A stretch of DNA of 64,000 bases from Candidatus Krumholzibacteriota bacterium (GTDB lineage Bacteria > Krumholzibacteriota > Krumholzibacteriia > Krumholzibacteriales > Krumholzibacteriaceae): contig JAFGBF010000002.1 of the NCBI GenBank assembly GCA_016933255.1, forward strand, positions 4,772-68,771, written 5' to 3'. The notes below the pieces were generated by a model. That model had not been told where the DNA came from. It made no database searches and saw nothing but the letters and a program-made list of their open reading frames with translations. Within the stretch, counting starts at the first letter, position 1. Each line of letters begins with the position of its first letter. The position numbers were made by a program, and so were the translations under genes. Positions 48,215 to 57,633 of this stretch are shown here, in pieces.

Positions 48215-50584
48215 TTGTCTAAAAAAGAGTCCAGCAAAAAATTCACTTTCGGCCCAAAGCGCGGATATTACGCGGAAATCGGACCAGACAGCAGCTCCAG
48301 CCGGGGCAGTGAAGAAGCTATCAGGATGTTCGATGATTACGACCTGGTCTACAGGTCTCTTTGCGGCATTCTGTACAACTTCGTCCCGAAATCGGGCCAC
48401 CCTGGAGGATCGATATCCTCCGGCAGGATCGTCGAAAGCCTCCTCTTTAATACTATGGACTACTGCATAGGCGATCCCGAATGCACTGGGGCCGATATCC
48501 TCTCATACGCCGCGGGGCACAAAGCGATGGGGCTCTACGCTATGTGGGCGCTGCGGAACGAATGCGCCAGGATCGCCAGCGCAGAGCTGCTTCCGGGCCC
48601 GGAAAAACAGCTCAGGATCGAGGATCTGCTCGGTTTTCGCCGCAACCCGACCCAGGAAACTCCCCTTTTCTCAAAGTTCAAGGTAAAGCCGCTCGACGGA
48701 CATCCATCCCCGATAACTCCCTTCGTCAAGCTTTCGACAGGCGCGTCTGGAGTAGGAGTGACGACCAGTTTCGGACTCGGCTTCGGCGCGATGGACGCCT
48801 ACGGCAAGAATGCTCCTTTCGTACACGTCCTTGAGGGCGAAGGCGGGATGACTCCCGGCAGGGTCTCAGAGGCTATGGCAACCGCCGCTTCGGCGCAGAT
48901 GTGGAACATCATGCTCCATGTCGACTGGAATCAGTCGTCTATCGATTCCGACAGGGTCTGCCGCGACGGGGAGACTCCCGGAGACTATGTGCAGTGGTCG
49001 CCCACGGAGTTCTGCTACATGCACGACTGGAACGTCATACTGGTAGAGAACGGCAAGGATATCGGGCAGGTCCTCGCCGCGCAGGAACTTGCGATGAAGA
49101 GACAGAACGATCAGCCTACAGCGATCATCTACCGCACGATAAAAGGATGGCAGTACGGGATCGAAGGAAGAAAATCACATGGCGCGGGACACGACTTCTG
49201 CTCCGAAGCATATTACAAGACGCTGAAACCTCTCGAAGAACGTTTTGGGGTCACATTCCCGAAATTCGAAGGGGAAAAGACACCGGTAGCTATCGAAAAA
49301 GCCTTCTATGACGCGCTTATGGTAGTAAGAAAGATCCTGGAAGATAACAGGGAGATCACCGATTTCTTCGGCAGGATGCTGACCGAAGCCCACGACAGGC
49401 TCATCGGCGCGAAGAAGACCTTGCGCAAAAACGCCGGCGATGTCAGCCGGATCTACAGCGATGATATCAAAGCTGACAAGATCCCCGCCGAATTGACGTA
49501 TAAACCAGGATCCAGCCAGACTCTCCGGGCTGCGCTCGGAGAGACGCTGAACTATCTGAATAAAAAATCAGGAGGAGCCATAATCTCCGCTTCGGCCGAT
49601 CTGCTCGGTTCGACTTCGATCCTCAAGGCCGGCGACGGATTCGCCGAGGGGTTCTACAACGCCGTCTCAAACCCCGATTCGAGGATCCTGTTGACCGGGG
49701 GGATCTGCGAAGACTGTATGGGCGGGATCATGGCCGGGCTGTCGACCTTCGGGCATAACATCGGCGCCGGGTCCTCCTACGGAGCTTTTATCGCTGCTCT
49801 GACTCACATCACGGCCCGTTTGCACGGGATCGGACAGCAGGGAAAGCAGCAGTATAATAATGAGCCTCACAACCCCTTCTTTCTCGTATGCGCCCACGCA
49901 GGGCTAAAGACCGGCGAGGACGGGCCGACCCACGCCGACCCGCAGGCGCTGCAGCTTCTGCAGGAAAACTTCCCCAAAAACGTTATGATAACCCTGACGC
50001 CATGGGATCCGCAGGAGGTCTATCCGCTCGTGATAGCTGCCCTTAAAAAACGCCCCGCTGTCATCGCTCCCTTCGTAACGCGTCCGAATGAAAAGATATT
50101 CGATCGAAAAGCTCTGGGACTCCCTCCTGCCACAGAAGCGGTCAAGGGGATCTACGCGCTGCGCAGGGCCGACGGATCGAAGAAACCTTACCATGGAACC
50201 CTCGTCCTTCAGGGAAGCGGCGTTACGAACACATTTATTGAAGAAGTGCTGCCGAAGATCGATGAAGCAGGACTGAATATCAACATCTTCTACGTCGCGA
50301 GCGCGGAACTCTTCCTGATGCTTCCTGAAAAAGAGCAGAAGAGTATCTATCCCGACAGTCTGGCGAATGAAGCGATGGGGATCACCGGGCTGACACTGCC
50401 GACGATGTTCAGATGGGTCACTTCGAGCGGCGGAAGGGATTCCAGCCTTCACCCGTTCAAGCACGGTCATTACCTTGGCAGCGGACAGGCGCACAAGGTG
50501 CTTGAAGAAGCCGGCCTTCACGGCGCCGGCCAGTGGGCGGCCGTCGAAAAATACGCCGCCGGGATGGAAAAGAAAAATTCATAG
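48215..50584 (+). CDS. Transketolase-family thiamine-diphosphate enzyme (divergent, 789 aa)
   Basis: The TTG start at 48215 follows GGGAGG. The TK motifs are SGHPGGSIS, a GDG-like HVLEGEGGMTPGRVSEAMATAASAQMWNIMLHVDWNQSSIDS, and GEDGPTHADPQ in the C-terminal pyrimidine-binding domain. Confidence 0.6.
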   Translation: MSKKESSKKFTFGPKRGYYAEIGPDSSSSRGSEEAIRMFDDYDLVYRSLCGILYNFVPKSGHPGGSISSGRIVESLLFNTMDYCIGDPECTGADILSYAAGHKAMGLYAMWALRNECARIASAELLPGPEKQLRIEDLLGFRRNPTQETPLFSKFKVKPLDGHPSPITPFVKLSTGASGVGVTTSFGLGFGAMDAYGKNAPFVHVLEGEGGMTPGRVSEAMATAASAQMWNIMLHVDWNQSSIDSDRVCRDGETPGDYVQWSPTEFCYMHDWNVILVENGKDIGQVLAAQELAMKRQNDQPTAIIYRTIKGWQYGIEGRKSHGAGHDFCSEAYYKTLKPLEERFGVTFPKFEGEKTPVAIEKAFYDALMVVRKILEDNREITDFFGRMLTEAHDRLIGAKKTLRKNAGDVSRIYSDDIKADKIPAELTYKPGSSQTLRAALGETLNYLNKKSGGAIISASADLLGSTSILKAGDGFAEGFYNAVSNPDSRILLTGGICEDCMGGIMAGLSTFGHNIGAGSSYGAFIAALTHITARLHGIGQQGKQQYNNEPHNPFFLVCAHAGLKTGEDGPTHADPQALQLLQENFPKNVMITLTPWDPQEVYPLVIAALKKRPAVIAPFVTRPNEKIFDRKALGLPPATEAVKGIYALRRADGSKKPYHGTLVLQGSGVTNTFIEEVLPKIDEAGLNINIFYVASAELFLMLPEKEQKSIYPDSLANEAMGITGLTLPTMFRWVTSSGGRDSSLHPFKHGHYLGSGQAHKVLEEAGLHGAGQWAAVEKYAAGMEKKNS

Positions 50585-50640
50585 GCCGGGCCGGGTGACA
50601 GCATAAGATCAGTGTTTCAAGTATCGAGGGGGTCGTCTGC

Positions 50641-53085
50641 TTGAAAAAGAACCGTCTTGCCGCCTGGTCGTTTGCCGTCCTGTCGATGATCCTTCCCTTT
50701 GCCGGGAGCTGCCCGGCCGAGGTCGACGGACCGGTGACATACCCGTTAAGAAGCGATATATATACATATCTGTCTGTATCGGATACAGATGACGCATCAT
50801 CGATCTTCGTCAATCCGGCGGGGCTTGCGTTCCGTCCCTACAGATCGATGATCCTCAGGGGCGCGTACAGTTACGACAGGATAAACGAAATCACCCTTGG
50901 TCTTGCTTTCCCCAACATCGGTATCGGTTATTCCAGAATAGACGAGATCAGATACAAGTCAAATTCCCTTCTGCTCGGCCTTGCGCTACCTTTGGGCGGC
51001 AGGTTCAGCATCGGGAGTTCCCTTGCCTGGCAAAGCAGCAATATGGATAACGATCCCTCCCCATTTTCCGCGGGCCTCGGCTTTCTCATCCGTCCGAACC
51101 GTTTCCTTTCCCTGGGCGGAATCTGGAATAACGCAAACCGGCCGGATTTCGGAGGCGGGAGACTCGAAGACCGTTTTACCTTTGCGGCTTCGATAAGGCC
51201 GATGAGAGAAAGAATAACCCTTTCCGCTCAAACCGACCTCAAGGAAGGCCTGAGACCCGGATATCTTTTCGGCGCAGGCCTCGTACTGCTCCCCGGGTTC
51301 GAGATCTACGGGTCGTATATGAAAGATCTTTCAGGAAACGGCGCCCCTTACGAGGAGTTTTCCGCCGGGATGGCATTTTCCCTTGATTACGGCAGGGTCA
51401 GGACGGGGACCCGAATGGCCGCCAAAGGCAAGAGCGAATACAGCATCAACTCGGTCTCGATCGAAAAAAGCGCCGCGTACAGAAGAGATTCCCTCGTCAA
51501 AAAAGAGATCTTCGCCCAAATCGAGGTAAGCGGGAAATATCTCGATGAAGGAGGGAGATTTCAGCTTACAGGGACAAAGAGCCGAGACCTCCACCCGCTG
51601 CTCAAGGAGCTTCGAAACATCAGGGATGATGAGGATATCATGGGATTGATCCTCGACATAGGCCCGCTCACAGGCGGATTCATTGGCCCGGTCGACGCAA
51701 ACCTTTCCGAGATACGCTCCGCCGTCTCGGAGATCAGGTCGGCGGGAAAACCGGTCGTCGCCTATCTCTCGTCGGGAGGAGGGGCTTCAGAACTCTATCT
51801 CGCTTCTGCCGCCGACAGGATCGTCTCTCCAGAACTCTCGCTTATCGGGAGGATCGGAGTATCTCTCGAAGTAAAAAGGCTGAAAAACCTTTTCAATAAA
51901 TTCGGTATCGATTGGGACCACACCACGGCGGGCAAGTACAAATCATCGTTCCACACTCAGTATACCGACACATCTACGGTGGAGCAGGCTGCTGAAATTC
52001 AGGAAATGGTCGATGAAGCATACCGCGTCATTATAGCGGCGATCTCCGAAGGGCGCGGAATCGCGGCCGAGAAAATGTCCGCGCTCGCTCAGGGACAGAT
52101 CTTCTCTCCCGATGAAGCCGTCGAAAACGGCCTGATCGACAGGGTCGGGTGGAAGGCGGAAGCCCGTGAGGAGCTTGGGCTTCTTGCCGGAAAGAAAGAC
52201 CCGGGATCAGTATCCACTGCGTCCATAGCAGACAGGGTCCACTGGAATGACAGATGGGCCCCGCCCCCTGCGGTCGCTATAGTAGGAGCCTACGGGGAGA
52301 TCCGGTCCGGCAATAACATCCTTGACCCGGTGCGGGGCTCAAGGACGATGGGGTCCTCTTCTATAGTATCCTCGCTGAAAAGGGCCTCTGACTATCCCGG
52401 CGTTAGAGCGATAGTATTCAGGGTCGACAGCGGCGGAGGGTCGGCGCTGGCCAGCGATGAGATCCTTGCGGAGATCCGCCGGATTCAGACTGAAATGAAT
52501 ATCCCTGTCGTGATCTCGATGTCGAATATTGCGGGATCGGGAGGTTACTGGATATCGATGTACGGCGACGCGGTCTTCGCAGATCCGCTTACGATCACCG
52601 GCAGCATCGGAGTAGTCTCGGCGAAACCGGTCCTGAAAGCTCTCTATGAAAAACTCGGCGTGAACAACGAGGTCTTCAAATCCGGAGAACATTCCGACGC
52701 GTATTCGTCCGGCAGGCTTTATACGGAAGAAGAGCGGGAGATGCTCGAAAAACAGATAGAAAATATTTACGAGATATTCGTCTCGAAAGTCTCGGAAGGA
52801 AGAAAGATCGAGAAGGAAAATGTATACCCTATTGCCGGCGGCAGGCTTTATTTTGGTACGCAGGCGCTTGAAGCCGGCCTTGTCGACGATCTGGGCGGAG
52901 TGTGGGACGCAGTTGATGCCGCAGCCCGGATGGCCGGAATCGAAGACGACTACACGACGATGTATTTTCGAGCCTTTAAAAGATTCTTCTTCGACAGTGG
53001 CGGGGTCTCTCCGCTCGGCGTGCTGAAAGCGGCAAAAGCCCTCTGGCCGGTCAGATCAGGCGCAGACCTTTTCGAAAAGCCTTAG
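50641..53085 (+). CDS. sppA: Signal peptide peptidase SppA (tandem S49 domains) with an approximately 270 aa N-terminal beta-barrel-like extension
   Basis: Two S49 modules are present (GGGASELYLASAADRIVSPELSLIGRIGV; SNIAGSGGYWISMYGDAVFADPLTITGSIGVV). The N-terminus has a signal peptide, an NPAGLAF motif and alternating beta-strand patterning. Confidence 0.75.
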   Translation: MKKNRLAAWSFAVLSMILPFAGSCPAEVDGPVTYPLRSDIYTYLSVSDTDDASSIFVNPAGLAFRPYRSMILRGAYSYDRINEITLGLAFPNIGIGYSRIDEIRYKSNSLLLGLALPLGGRFSIGSSLAWQSSNMDNDPSPFSAGLGFLIRPNRFLSLGGIWNNANRPDFGGGRLEDRFTFAASIRPMRERITLSAQTDLKEGLRPGYLFGAGLVLLPGFEIYGSYMKDLSGNGAPYEEFSAGMAFSLDYGRVRTGTRMAAKGKSEYSINSVSIEKSAAYRRDSLVKKEIFAQIEVSGKYLDEGGRFQLTGTKSRDLHPLLKELRNIRDDEDIMGLILDIGPLTGGFIGPVDANLSEIRSAVSEIRSAGKPVVAYLSSGGGASELYLASAADRIVSPELSLIGRIGVSLEVKRLKNLFNKFGIDWDHTTAGKYKSSFHTQYTDTSTVEQAAEIQEMVDEAYRVIIAAISEGRGIAAEKMSALAQGQIFSPDEAVENGLIDRVGWKAEAREELGLLAGKKDPGSVSTASIADRVHWNDRWAPPPAVAIVGAYGEIRSGNNILDPVRGSRTMGSSSIVSSLKRASDYPGVRAIVFRVDSGGGSALASDEILAEIRRIQTEMNIPVVISMSNIAGSGGYWISMYGDAVFADPLTITGSIGVVSAKPVLKALYEKLGVNNEVFKSGEHSDAYSSGRLYTEEEREMLEKQIENIYEIFVSKVSEGRKIEKENVYPIAGGRLYFGTQALEAGLVDDLGGVWDAVDAAARMAGIEDDYTTMYFRAFKRFFFDSGGVSPLGVLKAAKALWPVRSGADLFEKP

Positions 53086-54156
53086 AAGATTCGCCCCCAT
53101 GACCCGGTCTGTATCTTCATCGGAAAACCCTCGATTTTTCAGCTCGGCAGCTATCAACGGGACGCCTGATATATCTTCAAGGCCGACCGGCATGATCGGG
53201 GTCCCGTCAAAATCCGATCCCAGCCCGACATGGCTGATCCCGGCGACAGATACGGCGTGTTCTATATGGTCGGCGACTTCAGCGATACCGGGCATAGGGA
53301 TCACGGAGATCTGCTTCATGTACCGATCCAGGATCTCGCCGTCCACGCGCGCCACATCTCCGTCATATTTTTCGGCAAGCTCCGATCTTTCTTTCTTGTA
53401 CCTGTTCCAGACAGACATCACCTGATCGCTGCATACCTGTTCGAGAAAGGCCGGAAAATAGTTTATCCCTACTACGCCTCCGTTTTCCGAGAGCGCCCTG
53501 AGCATATCGTCTGTAATATTGCGCGGAACATCACAGATCGCCCGCATACAGGAATGCGATACGAGGATCGGATTGGAAGCCGCCTCGATCAGGTCGAAAA
53601 AAGTCCGGTCGGAACTGTGGGAAAGATCGATTACCATCCCTGCCCTGTCCATCTCTTTGACCACCTCGAATCCAAATTCGCTAAGCCCGCCCCATCTATC
53701 TTCGCCTTCACAGGAATCAGCTATTTCGTTGTTGTTGTTCCAGGTCAGAGTCAGGCACCGGACACCGTTTTCGTACAGCCTGTGGAGAGCCTCGACATCC
53801 GAACCTACAGCGTGCCCCCCTTCGACTCCGATCACCACGGCTATCTTCCGATCATCGGTGATACTCCTGATCTCGGAACCTTTATTTACCACCCGCGCAG
53901 AACCGCTGTTTTTTTCGATCTGCCGGCGCAGCCTGCCGATCATCTCGATCGTACTTGCGTTCCATCTTTCAGGCGGGAGGTCGGGGTCGACCCAGCAGGC
54001 AAAAACCTGGGCTCCGTATCCAGCTTCCCTCATTCTTGGAAGATCGATATGCCCGTCAGGCAGCCGTTTTCCAAGATCGATACCATCGTCATCGGTAAGC
54101 CGTGTCGCCGTATCGCAATGCGCGTCAAAAACAAAACCTGCTCCCGCCTTATTCAT
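53056..54156 (-). CDS. Membrane dipeptidase (peptidase family M19)
   Basis: The zinc ligand motifs are FDAHCDTA and VIDLSHSSDRTF, and HVGLGSDFDG. Confidence 0.85.
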   Translation of the reverse strand: MNKAGAGFVFDAHCDTATRLTDDDGIDLGKRLPDGHIDLPRMREAGYGAQVFACWVDPDLPPERWNASTIEMIGRLRRQIEKNSGSARVVNKGSEIRSITDDRKIAVVIGVEGGHAVGSDVEALHRLYENGVRCLTLTWNNNNEIADSCEGEDRWGGLSEFGFEVVKEMDRAGMVIDLSHSSDRTFFDLIEAASNPILVSHSCMRAICDVPRNITDDMLRALSENGGVVGINYFPAFLEQVCSDQVMSVWNRYKKERSELAEKYDGDVARVDGEILDRYMKQISVIPMPGIAEVADHIEHAVSVAGISHVGLGSDFDGTPIMPVGLEDISGVPLIAAELKNRGFSDEDTDRVMGANLLRLFEKVCA

Positions 54157-54241
54157 CGGTTTCCTCCAACGGTAAAATGCTCTTTCACTATCTTTTAGAT
54201 ATTAAAAGATGGAGGGGATATTATACAGCAGATTAATGATC

Positions 54242-54757
54242 CTAATGGACGATCTTTGCGGAAGTGGCAACATCTCCATAGACGTAAAGGGCATATGGAA
54301 GAAGCTCTTCCTTGCTTCTGATCGCGTATTCCTGGACTGTCGGACCGCTGAAACGGATATCGATGCTGTTGCTGGCGAAAAATTCCCAGCCAGCCTGGTT
54401 TACCGATGTCGCTCCTCCGATATAATCGAAATCGGCCACGACTTTGCCCCCGTAAAACTGGAGCCATATCGTGTTCAATGTCGGGGGGAATTCATTTTCC
54501 ATGGCGAAATAGGAAAATAGAGCGGTCTGGACGTTTTTAATATTCTGCACTGTGACCGCGACCTGGGCAGCTTTCTTGGAGCGATAAAAGTTTGATATGA
54601 CTATAGTTGCGAGGAATCCAATGATCTCCACGACAATAAACAGCTCGAGGAGGGTGAATCCGGCGATCCCGATCCTGCCGAGAAGAGACCTTTTCTTTCT
54701 TCTTCCTCTTGCTCCGATTGCAAGAATACCTGTTAAATAGCGGAAAAATCGCAACAT
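54242..54757 (-). CDS. Type IV pilin / pseudopilin-like protein (prepilin N-terminal methylation motif)
   Basis: The sequence is …RRKKRSLLGRIGIAG|FTLLELFIVVEIIGFLATIVI. This is a class III leader with a conserved Glu+5. The leader is unusually long in the only open frame. Confidence 0.55.
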   Translation of the reverse strand: MLRFFRYLTGILAIGARGRRKKRSLLGRIGIAGFTLLELFIVVEIIGFLATIVISNFYRSKKAAQVAVTVQNIKNVQTALFSYFAMENEFPPTLNTIWLQFYGGKVVADFDYIGGATSVNQAGWEFFASNSIDIRFSGPTVQEYAIRSKEELLPYALYVYGDVATSAKIVH

Positions 54758-54880
54758 GCACTCCTTCTGCCCTTAAAGATCTAAGATTCCAGCACGCTGT
54801 GGTTTGAAGCAAAAAACATGACAAAAAAGAAGGGGAGGACTGAAGCCCTCCCCTCTGATCGATACGTTTTGAAGGTCGAT

Positions 54881-55108
54881 TTATTCAAACGGTACAGGCA
54901 CGACCTTGACTACCTCCGGAATCCTCTCCTTGAGAACCTTTTCGACTCCAAAAGTCAGGGTCATCTGCGACATAGGACAGCCTGCGCAGGCCCCTTTCAG
55001 CCTTACCTTTACTATACCGTCCTCGACAGAGACCAGCTCGATATCTCCACCGTCAGCCTGAAGGTTCGGCCTGATCTCCTCGAGTACTTTTTTTACTTTT
55101 TCGAACAT
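54881..55108 (-). CDS. NifU-like (Nfu-type) Fe-S cluster scaffold domain protein
   Basis: The 75 aa protein has the CxxC motif GACAGCPMSQMTL, typical of the NifU C-terminal domain. Confidence 0.75.
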   Translation of the reverse strand: MFEKVKKVLEEIRPNLQADGGDIELVSVEDGIVKVRLKGACAGCPMSQMTLTFGVEKVLKERIPEVVKVVPVPFE

Positions 55109-55374
55109 TATTCATCCTCCATTAAGTTGTGTCGGAAAAAATATACTATATCATACTTAACAATCCAAGAAAGAAGTTTTACCGGATCGGTATCCGGCAG
55201 GCAAAACGAAGACCCTGGGCCATGCGCCGGCAGTAAATGCAGAAAAATTCCTTCCGAGGAAAAATAATCGTCTTCTTGCGCTGTTATCAAGTTGCTAATA
55301 TAATACGGATCGACAGCGGGGCCCCCTTTGACCGGAAGGCTCCGGCATGCGGGCAGATTAACCGAGAGGATTAA

Positions 55375-56286
55375 ATGGGCAGTCACAGCGGTCACGATCA
55401 TCACAGCTACGGGATCGAAGCCGGCAGAAGAATCACTATCGCCAGCATAGCCATCAATGCCATCCTGATAACGCTCAAGATCTTCGGAGGCATTTTCGGG
55501 CGGAGCCGCGCCCTTCTCGCAGACGGCATCCATTCCATATCCGATTTTATCTCCGATTTCGTAGTCCTCGTCGGCCTTCATTTCCTGAGAAAAGAAAGTG
55601 ACGAAGATCACCCGTACGGTCACGGAAAAATAGAAAGCGTCTCCACTCTATTTGTAGGGACGATCCTTCTCCTGGCGGCTTTCAGGATCGGCGTGGAAGC
55701 TGCGACTGCGATCTATAAGGGCGATATATCGATCCCCGGCAGATTTACCATAATAATAGCCGCTCTTTCTGTCATCTCCAAAGAGACGATGTACCACCTG
55801 ACCGTCAGGGTCGGAAAAAAGGCGGGAAGCGAGGCGATGATAGCCAATGCGTGGCACCACCGCTCCGACGCCATATCTTCGATCATAACGCTTGCCGGCA
55901 TATCTCTTGCCGTTTTTAACCCTTCTTTAAGGGTCCTTGATTCATACGCCGCCCTTCTGGTTTCATTCTTTATTATAAAGGTCGCCTTCGATATCCTGAA
56001 ACCCGCCATAAACAAGATCATCGACACATCGCCATCAAAAGAACTAATTACTGAAATATTCGAAATCGTATGCGATGTTCCCGGAGTGATCGAATGCCAC
56101 GACCTGATGGCCAGATATTACGCGGACAGGATCAGGATGGAGATCCATATTCAGGTCGACCCGCAGATGACAGTGATCGATTCGCACCGGATCGTCGACG
56201 ATGTGGTGGGGAGGATCACAGAAAAACATCCCGAAATAGAAAAAGTGCTCGTACATGTGGATCCGCATAGAGAAAGGCAGCAGTGA
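55375..56286 (+). CDS. Cation diffusion facilitator family transporter
   Basis: It has a His-rich N-terminus (GSHSGHDHHSYG) and 6 TM helices, with conserved motifs (ADGIHSISDFIS) and (HVDPH) in the cytoplasmic domain. Confidence 0.8.
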   Translation: MGSHSGHDHHSYGIEAGRRITIASIAINAILITLKIFGGIFGRSRALLADGIHSISDFISDFVVLVGLHFLRKESDEDHPYGHGKIESVSTLFVGTILLLAAFRIGVEAATAIYKGDISIPGRFTIIIAALSVISKETMYHLTVRVGKKAGSEAMIANAWHHRSDAISSIITLAGISLAVFNPSLRVLDSYAALLVSFFIIKVAFDILKPAINKIIDTSPSKELITEIFEIVCDVPGVIECHDLMARYYADRIRMEIHIQVDPQMTVIDSHRIVDDVVGRITEKHPEIEKVLVHVDPHRERQQ

Positions 56287-57416
56287 AAAAAATAGAGTTT
56301 TTCAGACATGGTATCGGAGATGAAGAGATCGAACGTGTCGGCGGTGTGCTTAGATCGCTTTTCCTTACTACAGGAAACGAAGTTGCGGAGTTCGAGGAGA
56401 CCCTTGCCGGTTATCTCGGCCTGCCGGAAACGGTCGCCGTCACGAGCTGCACGGCGGCGATGCAGCTTGCTCTCCTCGCTGAGGGGATAGGCCCGGGAGA
56501 CGAAGTGATCACAACTCCCCTTACTTTCATAGGATCGGTCAACGCTATCCTGATGACCGGTGCCACGCCGGTCCTTGCGGATGTCGACCGCTCGACAGGA
56601 AATATAGACCCTGCCGCCGTTGCCGGGGCAGTCACCCCCCGTACGCGGGCGATACTCCCCGTCCACCTGTACGGCCAGATGTGCGATATGGAAGCTCTCC
56701 GCCAAATTGCCGACAGCAATGGTCTTTTCATCGTCGAAGACGCTGCCCATACCCTTGAAGGCGAGTGGAACGGGAAAAGACCGGGGCATTACGGCGACTA
56801 CGCCTGTTTTAGTTTCTATGCGACAAAGAATGTGACTTCGGGGGAGGGAGGGGCGATATCGCTAAAAGACCAGGGTAAGTGCGACCTGCTCAAACAGCTT
56901 CGTCTGCACGGCTTCGACAGAAACGCGATGGAGCGATATACCGATCATTTCGAGCAGTACGATGTCCGGATCCTCGGCTGGAAATACAACATGGATAATA
57001 TCCACGCCGCGATCCTGAATGAACAGATGAAGAAACTTTCTTCGATGCTCAAGAGGCGAAAAGAGATATACAGGATATATCTCGACGCGTTTTCAGGGAT
57101 CGAAGGGATAGAACTTCACGATATCAGGCCCGAAGCCCGGCATGCCTGCCATATCCTCACTCTTCTTGTCGACCCGGAGAAACGCGATACCGTCATGTCT
57201 GAGATGCAGAACAGGGGTATCGGGATGTCGATCAACTTCCATCCCGTTCACCTCATGACCTACTACAGGGAGAGATTCGGTTACAAAAAAGGTGATTTCC
57301 CCGCAGCAGAGGAGATCGGCTCGAGGACGCTAACCATACCCTTCTACCCTAAACTGACCGCCGAAGAGATCGAATATGTGATCGAGAATCTTATCGATAT
57401 CGTCAGATCTTCCTGA
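56283..57416 (+). CDS. DegT/DnrJ/EryC1/StrS-family PLP-dependent sugar aminotransferase
   Basis: The PLP Lys motif is FYATKNVTSGEGGAI. The GTG start overlaps the CDF stop (GTGA). Confidence 0.85.
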   Translation: MKKIEFFRHGIGDEEIERVGGVLRSLFLTTGNEVAEFEETLAGYLGLPETVAVTSCTAAMQLALLAEGIGPGDEVITTPLTFIGSVNAILMTGATPVLADVDRSTGNIDPAAVAGAVTPRTRAILPVHLYGQMCDMEALRQIADSNGLFIVEDAAHTLEGEWNGKRPGHYGDYACFSFYATKNVTSGEGGAISLKDQGKCDLLKQLRLHGFDRNAMERYTDHFEQYDVRILGWKYNMDNIHAAILNEQMKKLSSMLKRRKEIYRIYLDAFSGIEGIELHDIRPEARHACHILTLLVDPEKRDTVMSEMQNRGIGMSINFHPVHLMTYYRERFGYKKGDFPAAEEIGSRTLTIPFYPKLTAEEIEYVIENLIDIVRSS

Positions 57417-57633
57417 AAAGGCGAAATTCGGATCGATGCGGCTTTTTCCACTTCGCCCCCCCCGGGTTCCGAAAAAAGTTCCGTTTGACTTTTCTTTTCG
57501 ACAGTGTTATTTTTTTCACATGTTAAGCTTTTCTCACAAACTGGGGCCGCAGGCAGAATTGCCAAGCGGCTGCCTGATTCGCTGTTTCAAATGGGCGCGT
57601 TAAAAATTTTGACGCCCTGGAAGGAGTTCCAGA

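Noticed and set aside
54195-54467. A 90 aa minus-strand ORF between the dipeptidase and pilin genes
   Set aside because: It overlaps the pilin gene in another frame, and it is Arg/Gln-rich low-complexity sequence.
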